Assembly (NCBI GenBank): GCA_014730065.1
Contig: WJIW01000254.1
Span: 553 to 64,552, forward strand
Source: Armatimonadia bacterium
Lineage (GTDB): Bacteria; Armatimonadota; Zipacnadia; UBA1398
Direction: 5' to 3'
Length of the DNA stretch: 64,000 nt
In this document: piece by piece, positions 29,503 through 38,601 of the stretch
Layout of the letters: each line of letters starts with the position of its first letter
How positions within the stretch are numbered: the first letter of the stretch is position 1
Notes under the pieces: model-generated
Told to the model about the DNA's origin: nothing
The model's input: only the letters and a program-made list of their open reading frames with translations
Database searches by the model: none
Program-made: the position numbers and the translations under genes

Positions 29503-30750
29503 GTGAAACCCCAGCGGCTCACCCTTATCGGGATGACGCTGTTCCTGGCGACTTCCGCCCTGGCACAGCAGGATGCCCACTCGGTAACGGACTATGGCGC
29601 CACGGGCGACGGCGTAACCGACGATACCGAGGCCTTCCAGGCGGCCCTTGCGGCCGCCGCGGAGACCCGTGGCTACGTGTACGTCCCCTTCGGCCGGTAC
29701 GCCATCTCCGAGCCCCTGCCGCTCGACGCAGTGGGGCTCATGGGCCCGCCCGTGGCCGCCTGGCCCGCAGACATCGACTCCATGCCCACCATCGTGCCTC
29801 TCCATCGGGACGGCCCCGCCTTCCACATGGGGCAGGGCGGCTCACTTCAGGGGCTCGACATCGCCTACGAGTGGGAGGCCGAGCCCGAGGATGGGCCGCC
29901 CGCCGTGCTCATCTCCGGTATCGGCTGCCTGATCCGCGACCTCCGCATCCGTTACGCATGGGACGGCATCCTCACCGATGGCACCAACAACGTCGGCCGC
30001 CTTAACATACAGGATGTGTTCATGGTCTCGATCCGGAACGTGGGCGTGCGCGTCACCGGCACCTGGGACGTGCCCGCCCTCCGGAACATAGAGGTCTGGA
30101 ACGCCGGGCCCGTGCCTCGGCCGCTGAATGAGGGCGTGGGCTTCCACCTGGGCAAGAACGACCTGATCCGGGTGACCGATTGCTTCGCCTTCGCCATGGG
30201 CACCGGCTTCCTCATCGAGGACGAGATCGAAGGGCTGGAGATCGAGGGCGGGACGTGGGGCATTCTCACCGGATGCTCCACCGACTACTGCCCCATCGGC
30301 GTGATGGTCCGCGGCGACAATACCGTTAGCATATCCGGCGGGACTTTTTGGGAGCACGCCCAGAGCGTCGTTGTCGATGGCGAAGGAGCCCGGGTGCGCC
30401 TTAGCGGGGCGGAGCTCCGATCCAACTCCGCCCCCTGTGTGGACGTCCGGGCCGCCGACCACGTGGTCGTCACCGGCTGTAGCCTGCTCCGCAGTATGGA
30501 CGGATTCGATGCCCCCGCGGTCGCGTGGGCCGGCGGTCGGCTGGTGCTCCAGGGGAACATGATCGAGGCCCGGGGCCAGGGCATTGTGATCGGCGATGGC
30601 CGCGGCTCGGGGATCATCCAAGGCAACCTGATCAGTTGCCTCGGCGGCGAAGGCATCGTGGGGCGGACGGAGCTGGAGCCCGCCATCGCAGTCAGCGGCA
30701 ACCTCATCACCGATGTCCCGCCCCCGCCCGAGACCGAGGGCGAGGACTAA
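29503..30750 (+). CDS. Secreted right-handed beta-helix protein (pectate lyase superfamily / GH28-55-like)
   Basis: 415 aa, GTG start after AGGTG. Signal peptide; hallmark N-terminal motif VTDYGATGDGVTDDTEAFQAAL of the Pectate_lyase_3 family; repeated GxxxxN/IxG beta-helix rungs. Confidence 0.7.
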   Translation: MKPQRLTLIGMTLFLATSALAQQDAHSVTDYGATGDGVTDDTEAFQAALAAAAETRGYVYVPFGRYAISEPLPLDAVGLMGPPVAAWPADIDSMPTIVPLHRDGPAFHMGQGGSLQGLDIAYEWEAEPEDGPPAVLISGIGCLIRDLRIRYAWDGILTDGTNNVGRLNIQDVFMVSIRNVGVRVTGTWDVPALRNIEVWNAGPVPRPLNEGVGFHLGKNDLIRVTDCFAFAMGTGFLIEDEIEGLEIEGGTWGILTGCSTDYCPIGVMVRGDNTVSISGGTFWEHAQSVVVDGEGARVRLSGAELRSNSAPCVDVRAADHVVVTGCSLLRSMDGFDAPAVAWAGGRLVLQGNMIEARGQGIVIGDGRGSGIIQGNLISCLGGEGIVGRTELEPAIAVSGNLITDVPPPPETEGED

Positions 30751-31547
30751 GGCTGGAGCGAATCCAGCAGCGCCTTGGCGCGGGACCGCGACGCGGTAAG
30801 GGTGGTTCCCGCCTCGTCGGTGAGTACCACATCGTATGAGCCGTCGCCGTTGGGGATCATATGCCCGATGTACCCGATGTTGATGAGCGCGCCGGGATTG
30901 GCGCGTACGAACCCCATGTCGCCCAGGCGAGCTTCGAGGCGATCGATGGTGAAGTAAGTGGGGAACTCCTGATCGGTGGTGCATAGGATGACTCGTCGGT
31001 CGCGCCGCTCGGCATAGACAAGCTCGGTGGGCTCCAGAAGCCGGACGGTGCCCTCGTCGTAGTCCTTCACCGGGATCCTGAAAGTGTCCTTACCCGGCTT
31101 CTTGAGGTCGGCCAGCTCCCGGGCGATGCCCGTGATGCGCTCGCGCAGCTCCGCCACTGAAGTACCGCGCCGCTCCAACGCCGAGTCCATGCGGTCCACT
31201 GTGAGCCGGAGCCTGGCCTGGAACTCGTCCAGGTCGAGGGATTTGACGACATAGTCCACGGCGGCCAGCTCGAAGGCCTTCACGGCGTAGTGGTCGTGGC
31301 CGGTGATGAAGGCCACGATGGGAGGATCGGGGGCCTCCAGGACACGCTCAGCGACTTCGATCCCCGACACCCGTGGCATGCGGATGTCCAGGAAGAGCGC
31401 CTCGGGCGACATCTCCTCACAGAGGCGGATGCACTCGCTACCGTCGCTGGCCTCACCGATGATGCGGACCTTACCCGTGCCCTCCAGCAGCTCTTTCAGG
31501 ACGTGGGCCGACGAGGCGTCATCGTCGGCGATGATCGCCGTGATCAT
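30747..31547 (-). CDS. LytTR-family two-component response regulator
   Basis: Track ORF 30747..31604 trimmed to MITAIIADDD (ATG 31547). N-terminal REC (IIADDD…LFLDIRMP…) and C-terminal LytTR DNA-binding domain (…FRIPVKDYDEGTVRLL…ILCTTDQEF…FVRANPGALINIGYI). Confidence 0.8.
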   Translation of the reverse strand: MITAIIADDDASSAHVLKELLEGTGKVRIIGEASDGSECIRLCEEMSPEALFLDIRMPRVSGIEVAERVLEAPDPPIVAFITGHDHYAVKAFELAAVDYVVKSLDLDEFQARLRLTVDRMDSALERRGTSVAELRERITGIARELADLKKPGKDTFRIPVKDYDEGTVRLLEPTELVYAERRDRRVILCTTDQEFPTYFTIDRLEARLGDMGFVRANPGALINIGYIGHMIPNGDGSYDVVLTDEAGTTLTASRSRAKALLDSLQP

Positions 31548-31628
31548 GGACCGAGCCCCTCCGTCATATGCCGTCCCCGAGTTGCCCCGGCCAGTATAAC
31601 CCAATGAGCCCCCGGCCGGCAGGTCGGG

Positions 31629-33176
31629 TCAGAACCAGGTCTGGAAGGAGAGCGATGCCGCCGTCGAGGGCCGGTCGGCCCGGTGGTGGGTCAGGCCGAG
31701 ACGGAGCGAGGTGTTCCGCCCAAGCTGCTTGCTCACCGACAGCCCCCAGATCGTCTGACGGCGCGTGTTGGGCACACTGAGCCCGCGCTCGGACCAGTCG
31801 ACGTAGGCCTTGGCGAGCCAGTCGGAGTGGGGAATGTACCGGATCTCTCCGTAGATGCCCCGGGCGTCGGGCCCCAGGCGGTGCTGCATGGGCAGCCCGT
31901 TACTGAAGAAGTCCAAGCTCGCACCTCGGCTCGTGATCCCCAGTCGCGGACTGGCCCAGGCATACTCGATCCGCGCCGCCAAACGTCCCTCGCCATCCAG
32001 GTCGGGCGCGTACAGCCCCAGGAGGACGCCGTTCTCGTTCACTCCCTCACCGGGCTCGCTTCTGAAGGCTCCGGTCCAGCCGAGTAGCCACTGCAAAGGC
32101 CGGTAGAGCCCCACGGTATCCAGCACCCGTGCCAAGTCGGTCTCGTCGAGCGCCGCGTCAACGTAAAGGTGCAGGTCCTCCGAGGGCGTCCAGTACAGCT
32201 CAGCGTGGTTCATCAGGTTGTCGTCCTCGCGAACGGTGGGATCCTGGAATAGGCTGTCCCGCAGTAGGGTGGCCCACAGTCCGAGAGGGCTGATGAAGTA
32301 CACCGGAGAGGTGATGGATCTAGTGCGTGCGGTGTCCGATAGGCTGAACTCCAGCTCGGGCGAGAGCCGCTTCTCCAGCCGCTTTGTTAGGACCCATAGT
32401 CGCTCGCCCTGGTTACGGTGAGTGTACCAGCCCACATCCAGAATGGCCTTGGTGCCCCAGAGCTGGATCTTGTCGCGGTACCGGATGTGGTCGACGGATC
32501 CCGCCAGCGCGCCGGTGTTATACGTCCCCCGCGCACCCACACCCAGGCGGTAGATGCCCCGGCCCACCGTCAGCTTCTGGGCTGGCTTGTCCGACAGCAC
32601 CAGGAGCCGATGGAGGCCACGCCGGCCGATGCGGTCTTGGCTCCGGTCGGGTGGCCGGTGGCGCCACTCCACTAGGCCCAGGGAGTGGGGCTTCTGGCTG
32701 AACCGGGCCGCGCCGGCGTCCCACAGAAGCTCGGCGCCGGCCGCGGACCCACGCCGAGAGACGTAGCCCAAGGCAGCGGCGCCGTATGGCGCATAGTCGG
32801 TCTCGCCGGAGGAGCTTAGCCAGGAGAGAGCTTCCTCGCGCGAGCGGCCCTCGGACTCCAGCTCCCAGGAGAACTCCCGCACCAGGGCCCCCAGCCACCG
32901 GGCAATGTGATCATCCGTCTCCTCCCGATCTCGAGCGGCCAAGCAGGCTCGCCATACCGCGTCGGCGAGCTCGGCTCGGTTGAAAGTCACGTCACCCATG
33001 TACCGCAGAGGCGTGAGGCCTGGAACGTCGAGATCGGTGAGTACCGACCGGAGGGCCGAGTAGCTCCAGTGGTCCGGGGGCAGCGCAGTGTGGGTGAGCT
33101 GCGGATGCTCGTCGGCGACGGCGCCAGCGCAGAGCAGGCACACAACCGCCAAAGCAGCCAGCCAAAGGCGAATCAA
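31629..33176 (-). CDS. Putative outer-membrane beta-barrel protein (Wzi/alginate-export-like; ends in aromatic residue)
   Basis: Track ORF 31629..33488 trimmed to TTG at 33176 (LIRLWLAALAVVCLLCAGAVA signal; GGAGG 9 nt upstream), overlapping the TGA of the upstream lipoprotein gene (TTGA). Alternating beta-strand pattern; C-terminal …SLSFQTWF typical of OM barrels. Family assignment weak. Confidence 0.4.
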   Translation of the reverse strand: MIRLWLAALAVVCLLCAGAVADEHPQLTHTALPPDHWSYSALRSVLTDLDVPGLTPLRYMGDVTFNRAELADAVWRACLAARDREETDDHIARWLGALVREFSWELESEGRSREEALSWLSSSGETDYAPYGAAALGYVSRRGSAAGAELLWDAGAARFSQKPHSLGLVEWRHRPPDRSQDRIGRRGLHRLLVLSDKPAQKLTVGRGIYRLGVGARGTYNTGALAGSVDHIRYRDKIQLWGTKAILDVGWYTHRNQGERLWVLTKRLEKRLSPELEFSLSDTARTRSITSPVYFISPLGLWATLLRDSLFQDPTVREDDNLMNHAELYWTPSEDLHLYVDAALDETDLARVLDTVGLYRPLQWLLGWTGAFRSEPGEGVNENGVLLGLYAPDLDGEGRLAARIEYAWASPRLGITSRGASLDFFSNGLPMQHRLGPDARGIYGEIRYIPHSDWLAKAYVDWSERGLSVPNTRRQTIWGLSVSKQLGRNTSLRLGLTHHRADRPSTAASLSFQTWF

Positions 33177-33796
33177 AGCCCGGGGCCTCCGTACAGCGAG
33201 AGTCCTGGGCGGACCCGGGATCGCACCTCCACCCTGGAGACGGTCAGAGGCTCCGCGGAGTTCGGGTCCGCGGGGGTCCAGATGAAGTCCAGCTCGAACT
33301 CCGTTGTCTTCTCCCCGATGACCGGCGATCCCACCGCCGCATCCCTCAGGGCCCTGTCCAGCACCTGGACGTTCCCTGCCCCACCTTCCGCCGCGCCGTC
33401 GGAGCTGGTCACCGCCGCCAGGCTCCGGGCCTGCGCCACCTCCAGCATCAGGGCCGAGCCGCGTCGCGGCGTACGTATCTCCAGGCACCCCGCAACCGGA
33501 ACTTCACCGCCAAGGTGGAGGCGCGACTGCTCGTACAGGAGGAACCCGGTGAGAGGCGAGCCATCGGAGGCTTGATGCCCTGCCAGGTCCCACGATACCT
33601 TGGTTCGCGGGGGATCGTAATCGTCCGGCCGGTGCTCGGGGGAAAGGGTGGGTGGCACTACGACATCGGCGGCCGATAGCGAAACACCGGCCCCACTCAG
33701 CTCGGCCGACGGCGTGCAGCCGAGCAGCGACGCGGCAGCCCAGGCCGCCGAGACCATGGCCATCACCAAGGCGAAGGTGACACGCTTCGCTGTCAT
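33173..33796 (-). CDS. Hypothetical lipoprotein (208 aa)
   Basis: Track ORF trimmed to MTAKRVTFALVMAMVSAAWAAASLLGCTPS (lipobox LLGC). No family recognised. Confidence 0.45.
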   Translation of the reverse strand: MTAKRVTFALVMAMVSAAWAAASLLGCTPSAELSGAGVSLSAADVVVPPTLSPEHRPDDYDPPRTKVSWDLAGHQASDGSPLTGFLLYEQSRLHLGGEVPVAGCLEIRTPRRGSALMLEVAQARSLAAVTSSDGAAEGGAGNVQVLDRALRDAAVGSPVIGEKTTEFELDFIWTPADPNSAEPLTVSRVEVRSRVRPGLSLYGGPGL

Positions 33797-33937
33797 GCCT
33801 ACTAACCCCCGGGCTACTGAGGCCCTATGGTGCGTGTGTTCAAGCCGTGTGTCGCCGATCCCTGCGCGGGGTCCGGGCGCCGGCAGCATTAAGGATAGGG
33901 CAAAAGGGGCCGTAGGTCGAGGGCCAGGCCTGGGAGG

Positions 33938-35569
33938 TCAGGCCGAGGCCACCAGGCCGATGCGGCGGGATGCGGCGGCACCGGGGCCGCCTTGCTCGTA
34001 GCGGGCCGCTTGCACCAGATCCGATTGGCGGATGCGACGCGCTCGGCCTTGGCGGCGAGCGGCGGAGACGGCGGCCCGGAGGGCGGCGTTCTTGATGTGG
34101 CCACCGGAGAGGCGGAACTCGGACGCCAGGGCAGCCAGATCCACGTCGTCAGCCAGAGGCGCCGAGGGCGGAAGGTGGCGACGCCAGATCTCCTCCCGAG
34201 CCTGGGCATCGGGTGCGGCGAACTCCACCTTGACGGCGATCCTGCGCTCCAGGGCCGGATCCAGGCTCTCGGCCCGATTGGTGGTCAGGACCAGACATCC
34301 CTCGAACCGCTCCACCTCCTGGAGCAGCACGTTGACTTCACGGTTGAAGCTCTGATCGGTGGCGTTGTTGACACTCACACGGGTGTGGAACATGGCGTCG
34401 GCCTCGTCGAAGACCAGCACCGCATCACAGGCCCGGGCCTCGGCGAACAGGGACGAGATGTTCTTCTCCGTGTCGCCGACCCATTTGGAGACCAGCTCCG
34501 GGTAGCACACGATAAGGACCTTCCGGCCGAGGGCGTCGGCGATGGCCTGCGCGGTCATCGTCTTGCCGGTGCCCGGCGGACCCGAGAACAGAACGGTGCA
34601 CTGGCCCGAGCGGCCATGGCTCTCGCCGAAGCCCCAGTCGCCCAGGATGAGATCCTGGTTGGCCACATAATCGATGACATGGCGCACCTGGTTTGCCACC
34701 TCGTTCGGCAGCACCACGTCGCCCAGGGCATACCGGGGCTCGATCGCCGAGTGCCGGTAACTGACATGCTCCTCGGAGAGGCCCCGGAGCAAGCCGTGGC
34801 CCTCCTGGTCGGCGGCGGGCTGAGTCAGCTCGTGTATGGCCTTCTCGGATATTTTGAAATAGGCGTCCAGTACCGTCGCCTCGGCGGTGTTGGAGCTGAC
34901 GACCAAACCCTCGCGCAGGAGGGACGCAGTGGGGTAGAGCACTTTCCGGGCCTCGAGAACGTCGAGCCGATCATGGAGGAGGATGCCCAGCAGATCACGG
35001 CCCCGGGAGTAAGTCTTCTGACCGGAGACGGTGATGTCTTCCACCAGAAGCAGTAGGAGAATGTCCAGCTCCAGAGTCGAGAGGTCGTACCGCCCAGCGA
35101 AGGCGTCGAGCTGGAACCGAATGCTCTCCTTCGCCGCCAGGTCGCGCTTCTTCTCGATGCGCTCGGCCATCCGGTCGGCACGGCGCTGCAAGCGGCGGAT
35201 CTCCAGCTCCTCGGCACTCTCGTAATCCGGGTCGCTGTCCACGAACCCCTCGTCCTGCCACTCCCGGGCTCGCACCTTGCGCATGTAGAGCTGCTGGCGC
35301 AGATCCATCAGGGCGACGGAATCCCGCAGCAGCTCGCGATCGTCTCGGTAGGGAGCGGTGATGCGACCTCCCATGTCGTCCAGCCAGGCCTCCTCCAGCT
35401 CCGGGTCGGAGTGGTCGCCGGCCTGCCAGTCATCGGGGTCGTCCGGATCGGCGGGGACGAACTCGACGGCTTCGTCGTCGTACGCCGTTAGCGACTCAGG
35501 CCGGTCACTCTCAGAAACCCCGGCCTGGCCAGAGCGGTTCATCGGGTCGGGTTGCTCGTGTCGCGCCAT
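33938..35569 (-). CDS. AAA+ ATPase (classical AAA clade) with ~300-aa acidic/coiled N-terminal domain
   Basis: 543 aa. Walker A GPPGTGKT; Walker B VLVFDEADAMF; sensor-1/second region of homology (…LVLTTNRAESLDPALERR…). N-terminal region acidic (DPDDPDDWQAGDHSDPELEE) with predicted coiled coil; no protease domain. Confidence 0.8.
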   Translation of the reverse strand: MARHEQPDPMNRSGQAGVSESDRPESLTAYDDEAVEFVPADPDDPDDWQAGDHSDPELEEAWLDDMGGRITAPYRDDRELLRDSVALMDLRQQLYMRKVRAREWQDEGFVDSDPDYESAEELEIRRLQRRADRMAERIEKKRDLAAKESIRFQLDAFAGRYDLSTLELDILLLLLVEDITVSGQKTYSRGRDLLGILLHDRLDVLEARKVLYPTASLLREGLVVSSNTAEATVLDAYFKISEKAIHELTQPAADQEGHGLLRGLSEEHVSYRHSAIEPRYALGDVVLPNEVANQVRHVIDYVANQDLILGDWGFGESHGRSGQCTVLFSGPPGTGKTMTAQAIADALGRKVLIVCYPELVSKWVGDTEKNISSLFAEARACDAVLVFDEADAMFHTRVSVNNATDQSFNREVNVLLQEVERFEGCLVLTTNRAESLDPALERRIAVKVEFAAPDAQAREEIWRRHLPPSAPLADDVDLAALASEFRLSGGHIKNAALRAAVSAARRQGRARRIRQSDLVQAARYEQGGPGAAASRRIGLVASA

Positions 35570-35646
35570 GGGTGCGCCATCCCACTCCCGCTGTGGAGGT
35601 CTGTGCAGCTTACGCGCGACTTCTTCTACACGGCACCGAAGAACCC

Positions 35647-35676
35647 TTTGCCTTACCCGGTATACTTTTGCCTTAC
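35647..35676. promoter_or_regulatory. Two 10-bp direct repeats TTTGCCTTAC spaced 20 bp start-to-start in a low-GC leader upstream of the AAA ATPase gene
   Basis: Plus-strand gaacccTTTGCCTTACccggtatactTTTGCCTTACttcttcc within the 220-bp intergenic region 35570-35789. This stretch is markedly lower in GC than surrounding DNA. Confidence 0.4.
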
Positions 35677-35789
35677 TTCTTCCCCTCCACCCCTCCCTAT
35701 AGACAGCCGAGGGCTATCGGCCGGCAGCCGATCACGCGCCGCCAAGCTGAGTACCGAGCTTCGGCGGGGAGACGCTTACGCGGACCGAG

Positions 35790-36155
35790 CTACCGGGCGT
35801 TGCTGCGGAGGCCCGAGGCGCGCTGGGTGCAGCGCTGGAGCAGCGGGCTGAGGGCGGGTGACAGGTTCTCGAACTGGCGCGAGTTGCTGCAGACCCTGGC
35901 CGCTAGGGCGTGGGCCGATGGCTCGGGTGATAGGCGGTAGAACCGGGGCCCACCGTTCGAGTCGGAGTGGGTTGCCACGCCGCAGTCCACCAGCTCATCC
36001 AGGCAGGCCTGGAGCTGCTGATGGTCTGCCTTGATACGGCGCGCGATCTCCGGGCAGGTGGTCGCCTGAGCGGGGTGCTCCATCAGATACAGCAGAGCAC
36101 GAAGAGCCAGGGCCGTGTTGCAGGAGTGCCACGCGCTGAACAGAGGTCGGGACAT
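35790..36155 (-). CDS. Small winged-helix (ArsR/MarR-like) transcriptional regulator
   Basis: Track ORF trimmed to MSRPLFSAWHSCNTALALRALLYLMEHPAQATTCPEIARRIKADHQQLQACLDELVDCGVA…; HTH plus wing pattern. Weak family assignment. Confidence 0.45.
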   Translation of the reverse strand: MSRPLFSAWHSCNTALALRALLYLMEHPAQATTCPEIARRIKADHQQLQACLDELVDCGVATHSDSNGGPRFYRLSPEPSAHALAARVCSNSRQFENLSPALSPLLQRCTQRASGLRSNAR

Positions 36156-36269
36156 GCCACCAGCTCCCTTCCTCCCCCCGTCGAGCCCCAGGAAGGACCT
36201 GGGGCCACACCACATCGCCTAACCGCTGCCTCTACCGTACCGGTATAGACGCATGGCTCCCCTGGTTGG

Positions 36270-37067
36270 TTACGCGTCATTTCCGGGGCCATCGGGTCGA
36301 GGTGCGGTCCGCAGCTTCTCGGCGGCCTCGTCGACCCGGCGTCGCCAGCCCCAGAACCCGCGGGCGTACGCCAGATCCTTCTCCTTCACGCCCTTAATCC
36401 CTAGCAGCGACCAGACCACGATCGCGATGAGGATGGGGATGATGAGGAAGCCGGTCCAGGTTCGGGTGAAAAGCACGGCATCGTAGAGAGCGTGGGCCGC
36501 CGCCGCCACACCGAAGCCCGTCAGGAGGTAGCGGGTGCGCTTCTTGGGCACCATTTTGGCCGCACCCACCCACAGGCCCATCAGCGCGCCATAGCCGGCA
36601 TGGCCCGGCACCGCCGTGACGGCGCGCATCCCGCCCGTCAGGGCCGCGCCGAAGGGCCCTTGAGCCATGCCGCTCATCCCCACATAGAGGATGTTCTCCA
36701 GGGTCGCGAAGCCCAGGGAGGCCGCGACGCAGTACACCACGCCATCGAAGAGCTGGTTGAACTCTTTGCGCCGGAAGGGGAGGACCAGCACCGCCAGCAG
36801 CTTGCCCGATTCCTCGGCCAGGCCCACGAAGCTGGCGGCGATGAGGGCCGCGCCGAGGGGCATGGTCTCGCCGGGTGGCACATGGGCGCCGGCGCCTGCC
36901 CGGTCGGCGAGGATCTCCAGCGCCACCGCCCATACGCTGGAGAGGGCACCCAGGCCCACGGTGCCCCAGACTAGGCCGGGCGGCTCGGGATCATCTCGGT
37001 CTCGGACCATGAGCCACCAGAAGATGAGTGCCCCGGGGGCGATGGCGAGGATGATGCAGACGTGCAT
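36270..37067 (-). CDS. PrsW-family intramembrane metalloprotease
   Basis: Track ORF trimmed to MHVCIILAIAPGALIFWW. Multi-TM; conserved GLAEESGK (EExxK) and FATLEN/HALYD motifs of the PrsW/CAAX-protease-like fold. Confidence 0.65.
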   Translation of the reverse strand: MHVCIILAIAPGALIFWWLMVRDRDDPEPPGLVWGTVGLGALSSVWAVALEILADRAGAGAHVPPGETMPLGAALIAASFVGLAEESGKLLAVLVLPFRRKEFNQLFDGVVYCVAASLGFATLENILYVGMSGMAQGPFGAALTGGMRAVTAVPGHAGYGALMGLWVGAAKMVPKKRTRYLLTGFGVAAAAHALYDAVLFTRTWTGFLIIPILIAIVVWSLLGIKGVKEKDLAYARGFWGWRRRVDEAAEKLRTAPRPDGPGNDA

Positions 37068-37192
37068 TGGCGGGCTCCTGGATCCTGGACTGTCGCGCCA
37101 AGACCTTGGCCATGGTAGCACATCGGGGAGCGCCTCTGGAGGCGCTCCCCGATGTCGAACGTTCTACTGGCTTCGAAGCGAGGGTGCCGGCC

Positions 37193-37426
37193 TTACTCGG
37201 CCGAGTCCGCTTCACCGTCGCCCGCCTCGGCGCCGCCTGCCTTCGGAGCGCCCATGTCGCCGGCCGCCGTTGCTCCGGGGCCCTCGGCGGCCCGGCTGCC
37301 CGGGGGCGGTCCGGCCGCCATGGCCTCGGCTGGGTCTTCCTCCTGGCCACAGCCAACGAAGGATGCCAGACCGATAAGGCCAACGACGATGGCCAGTGCC
37401 ATCAGGATCGCCTTTGCTCTGCTCAT
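37193..37426 (-). CDS. Small Gly/Ala-rich acidic lipoprotein (77 aa)
   Basis: MSRAKAILMALAIVVGLIGLASFVGCGQEE… lipobox FVGC; GGAGG RBS 8 nt upstream; mature part disordered (GPPPGSRAAEGPGATAAGDMGAPKAGGAEAGDGEADSAE). Immediately downstream of DUF1559 gene A. Confidence 0.45.
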   Translation of the reverse strand: MSRAKAILMALAIVVGLIGLASFVGCGQEEDPAEAMAAGPPPGSRAAEGPGATAAGDMGAPKAGGAEAGDGEADSAE

Positions 37427-37479
37427 ACAAGCTGCCTCCTCTGTTGTGGTATACGCGTGTATGCGCACAGGTTGCGCCT

Positions 37480-38211
37480 CTACTGGTACTCGGAGATGTT
37501 GGCGCAGTTACGGGCCCAGTTCCGCAGGTTGTTGATGTCGCCATACCACTCGTAGGTCTGCCACCAGAGCCAGATGTTGTCGGTCGTCGGCTCCTGGTCC
37601 TGGGTGTAGTTCAGATCGCCCACAGTGCGCTGGGGCTTCAGCGCCTTCACGTGACCGTCGGCGAATGAGAAATTGGTCATGCCGTTATGCGACAGGATGA
37701 CCCCACGCTCCCGATCGAACCACGCACGCCACTCCAGGGTCCAGGGGCCCAGATCGGGGTAGAACTCGCGGCTCTCCAGCACCAGCATGCTGGTCGATGG
37801 ACGGGTGTAGGAGGCCAGTTTGCGGTTGTTGAAGGGGCCCCATGCCCAGGTGAAGCTGCCGGCGTAGGAGCGGCGGATGCCGTTGTCCCAGTCCACCGGG
37901 TGCCACCACAGGGGCTCCTGAGGCTTCTCGAAGGCGGGGCACAGGAACAGATCGACGTTCTTGATGTAGGGCTGCACCTTCCAGCGCCACGACTCCGGTC
38001 CTTGGGCCGCGTGCGGGAGTCTCTCGTCGTAGTCCTGCGCGTAGGAGAGCAGGGCAGTCGCGATCTGCCGCTGGTTGGACAGGCAGGACGTCTGCTTCGC
38101 CTTATCCTGCGCCTTGGCGAATACCGGGAACAGAATTGCCGCCAATATGGCGATAATAGCGATGACTACAAGAAGCTCGATCAGGGTGAAGCCTAATTCG
38201 CGCTTCGTCAT
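37480..38211 (-). CDS. DUF1559 / H-X9-DG domain protein with prepilin-type N-terminal cleavage/methylation motif (pseudopilin-like)
   Basis: 243 aa. MTKRELG|[24 protein letters not shown] (class III signal: G-F-T-L-I-E); C-terminal H-X9-DG motif HNGMTNFSFADGH. Confidence 0.85.
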   Translation of the reverse strand: MTKRELGFTLIELLVVIAIIAILAAILFPVFAKAQDKAKQTSCLSNQRQIATALLSYAQDYDERLPHAAQGPESWRWKVQPYIKNVDLFLCPAFEKPQEPLWWHPVDWDNGIRRSYAGSFTWAWGPFNNRKLASYTRPSTSMLVLESREFYPDLGPWTLEWRAWFDRERGVILSHNGMTNFSFADGHVKALKPQRTVGDLNYTQDQEPTTDNIWLWWQTYEWYGDINNLRNWARNCANISEYQ

Positions 38212-38300
38212 GCTGAGTTTCCCCTTCCTGAAACAAGTATCATGGATACTTCGCTGACGGGGCAGGCCGAGACGTGACCGGCCCGCCCCGTTGCTGAGTC

Positions 38301-38558
38301 CTATTCGCCGGACCCGCCATCGGTGGTCGCGCCACCGCCCGAGTCCGGGGCCTTACCAGGCGTGCCCGCTCCGCCTGCCGAGCCGCCACCACCGCCCGAG
38401 CCACCGGCCGCTCCGCCACCTTCGGAGATCACGGGCTTATCAGGCGCCAGATGGGGATCGTCGGGCGACTTCTTGGTGCCACCGCAGCCGGCGAGGGCCA
38501 GTGAGGTCACCAGGGACAACGCACCAAACGACAGAGCTAGCTTCGCGAGGGTCTTCAC
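38301..38558 (-). CDS. Small Gly/Ser-rich lipoprotein (~85 aa)
   Basis: Track ORF 38301..38702 trimmed to a GTG start giving MKTLAKLALSFGALSLVTSLALAGCGGTKK… (lipobox LAGC); mature part GGGAAGGSGGGGGSAGGAGTPGKAPDSGGGATTDGGSGE. Exact start uncertain (GTG at 38558 or 38567). Immediately downstream of DUF1559 gene B. Confidence 0.4.
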   Translation of the reverse strand: MKTLAKLALSFGALSLVTSLALAGCGGTKKSPDDPHLAPDKPVISEGGGAAGGSGGGGGSAGGAGTPGKAPDSGGGATTDGGSGE

Positions 38559-38601
38559 GACAAGCACAATCCCTTCCGGATGCCGATCCAAGGATCGACG
38601 G

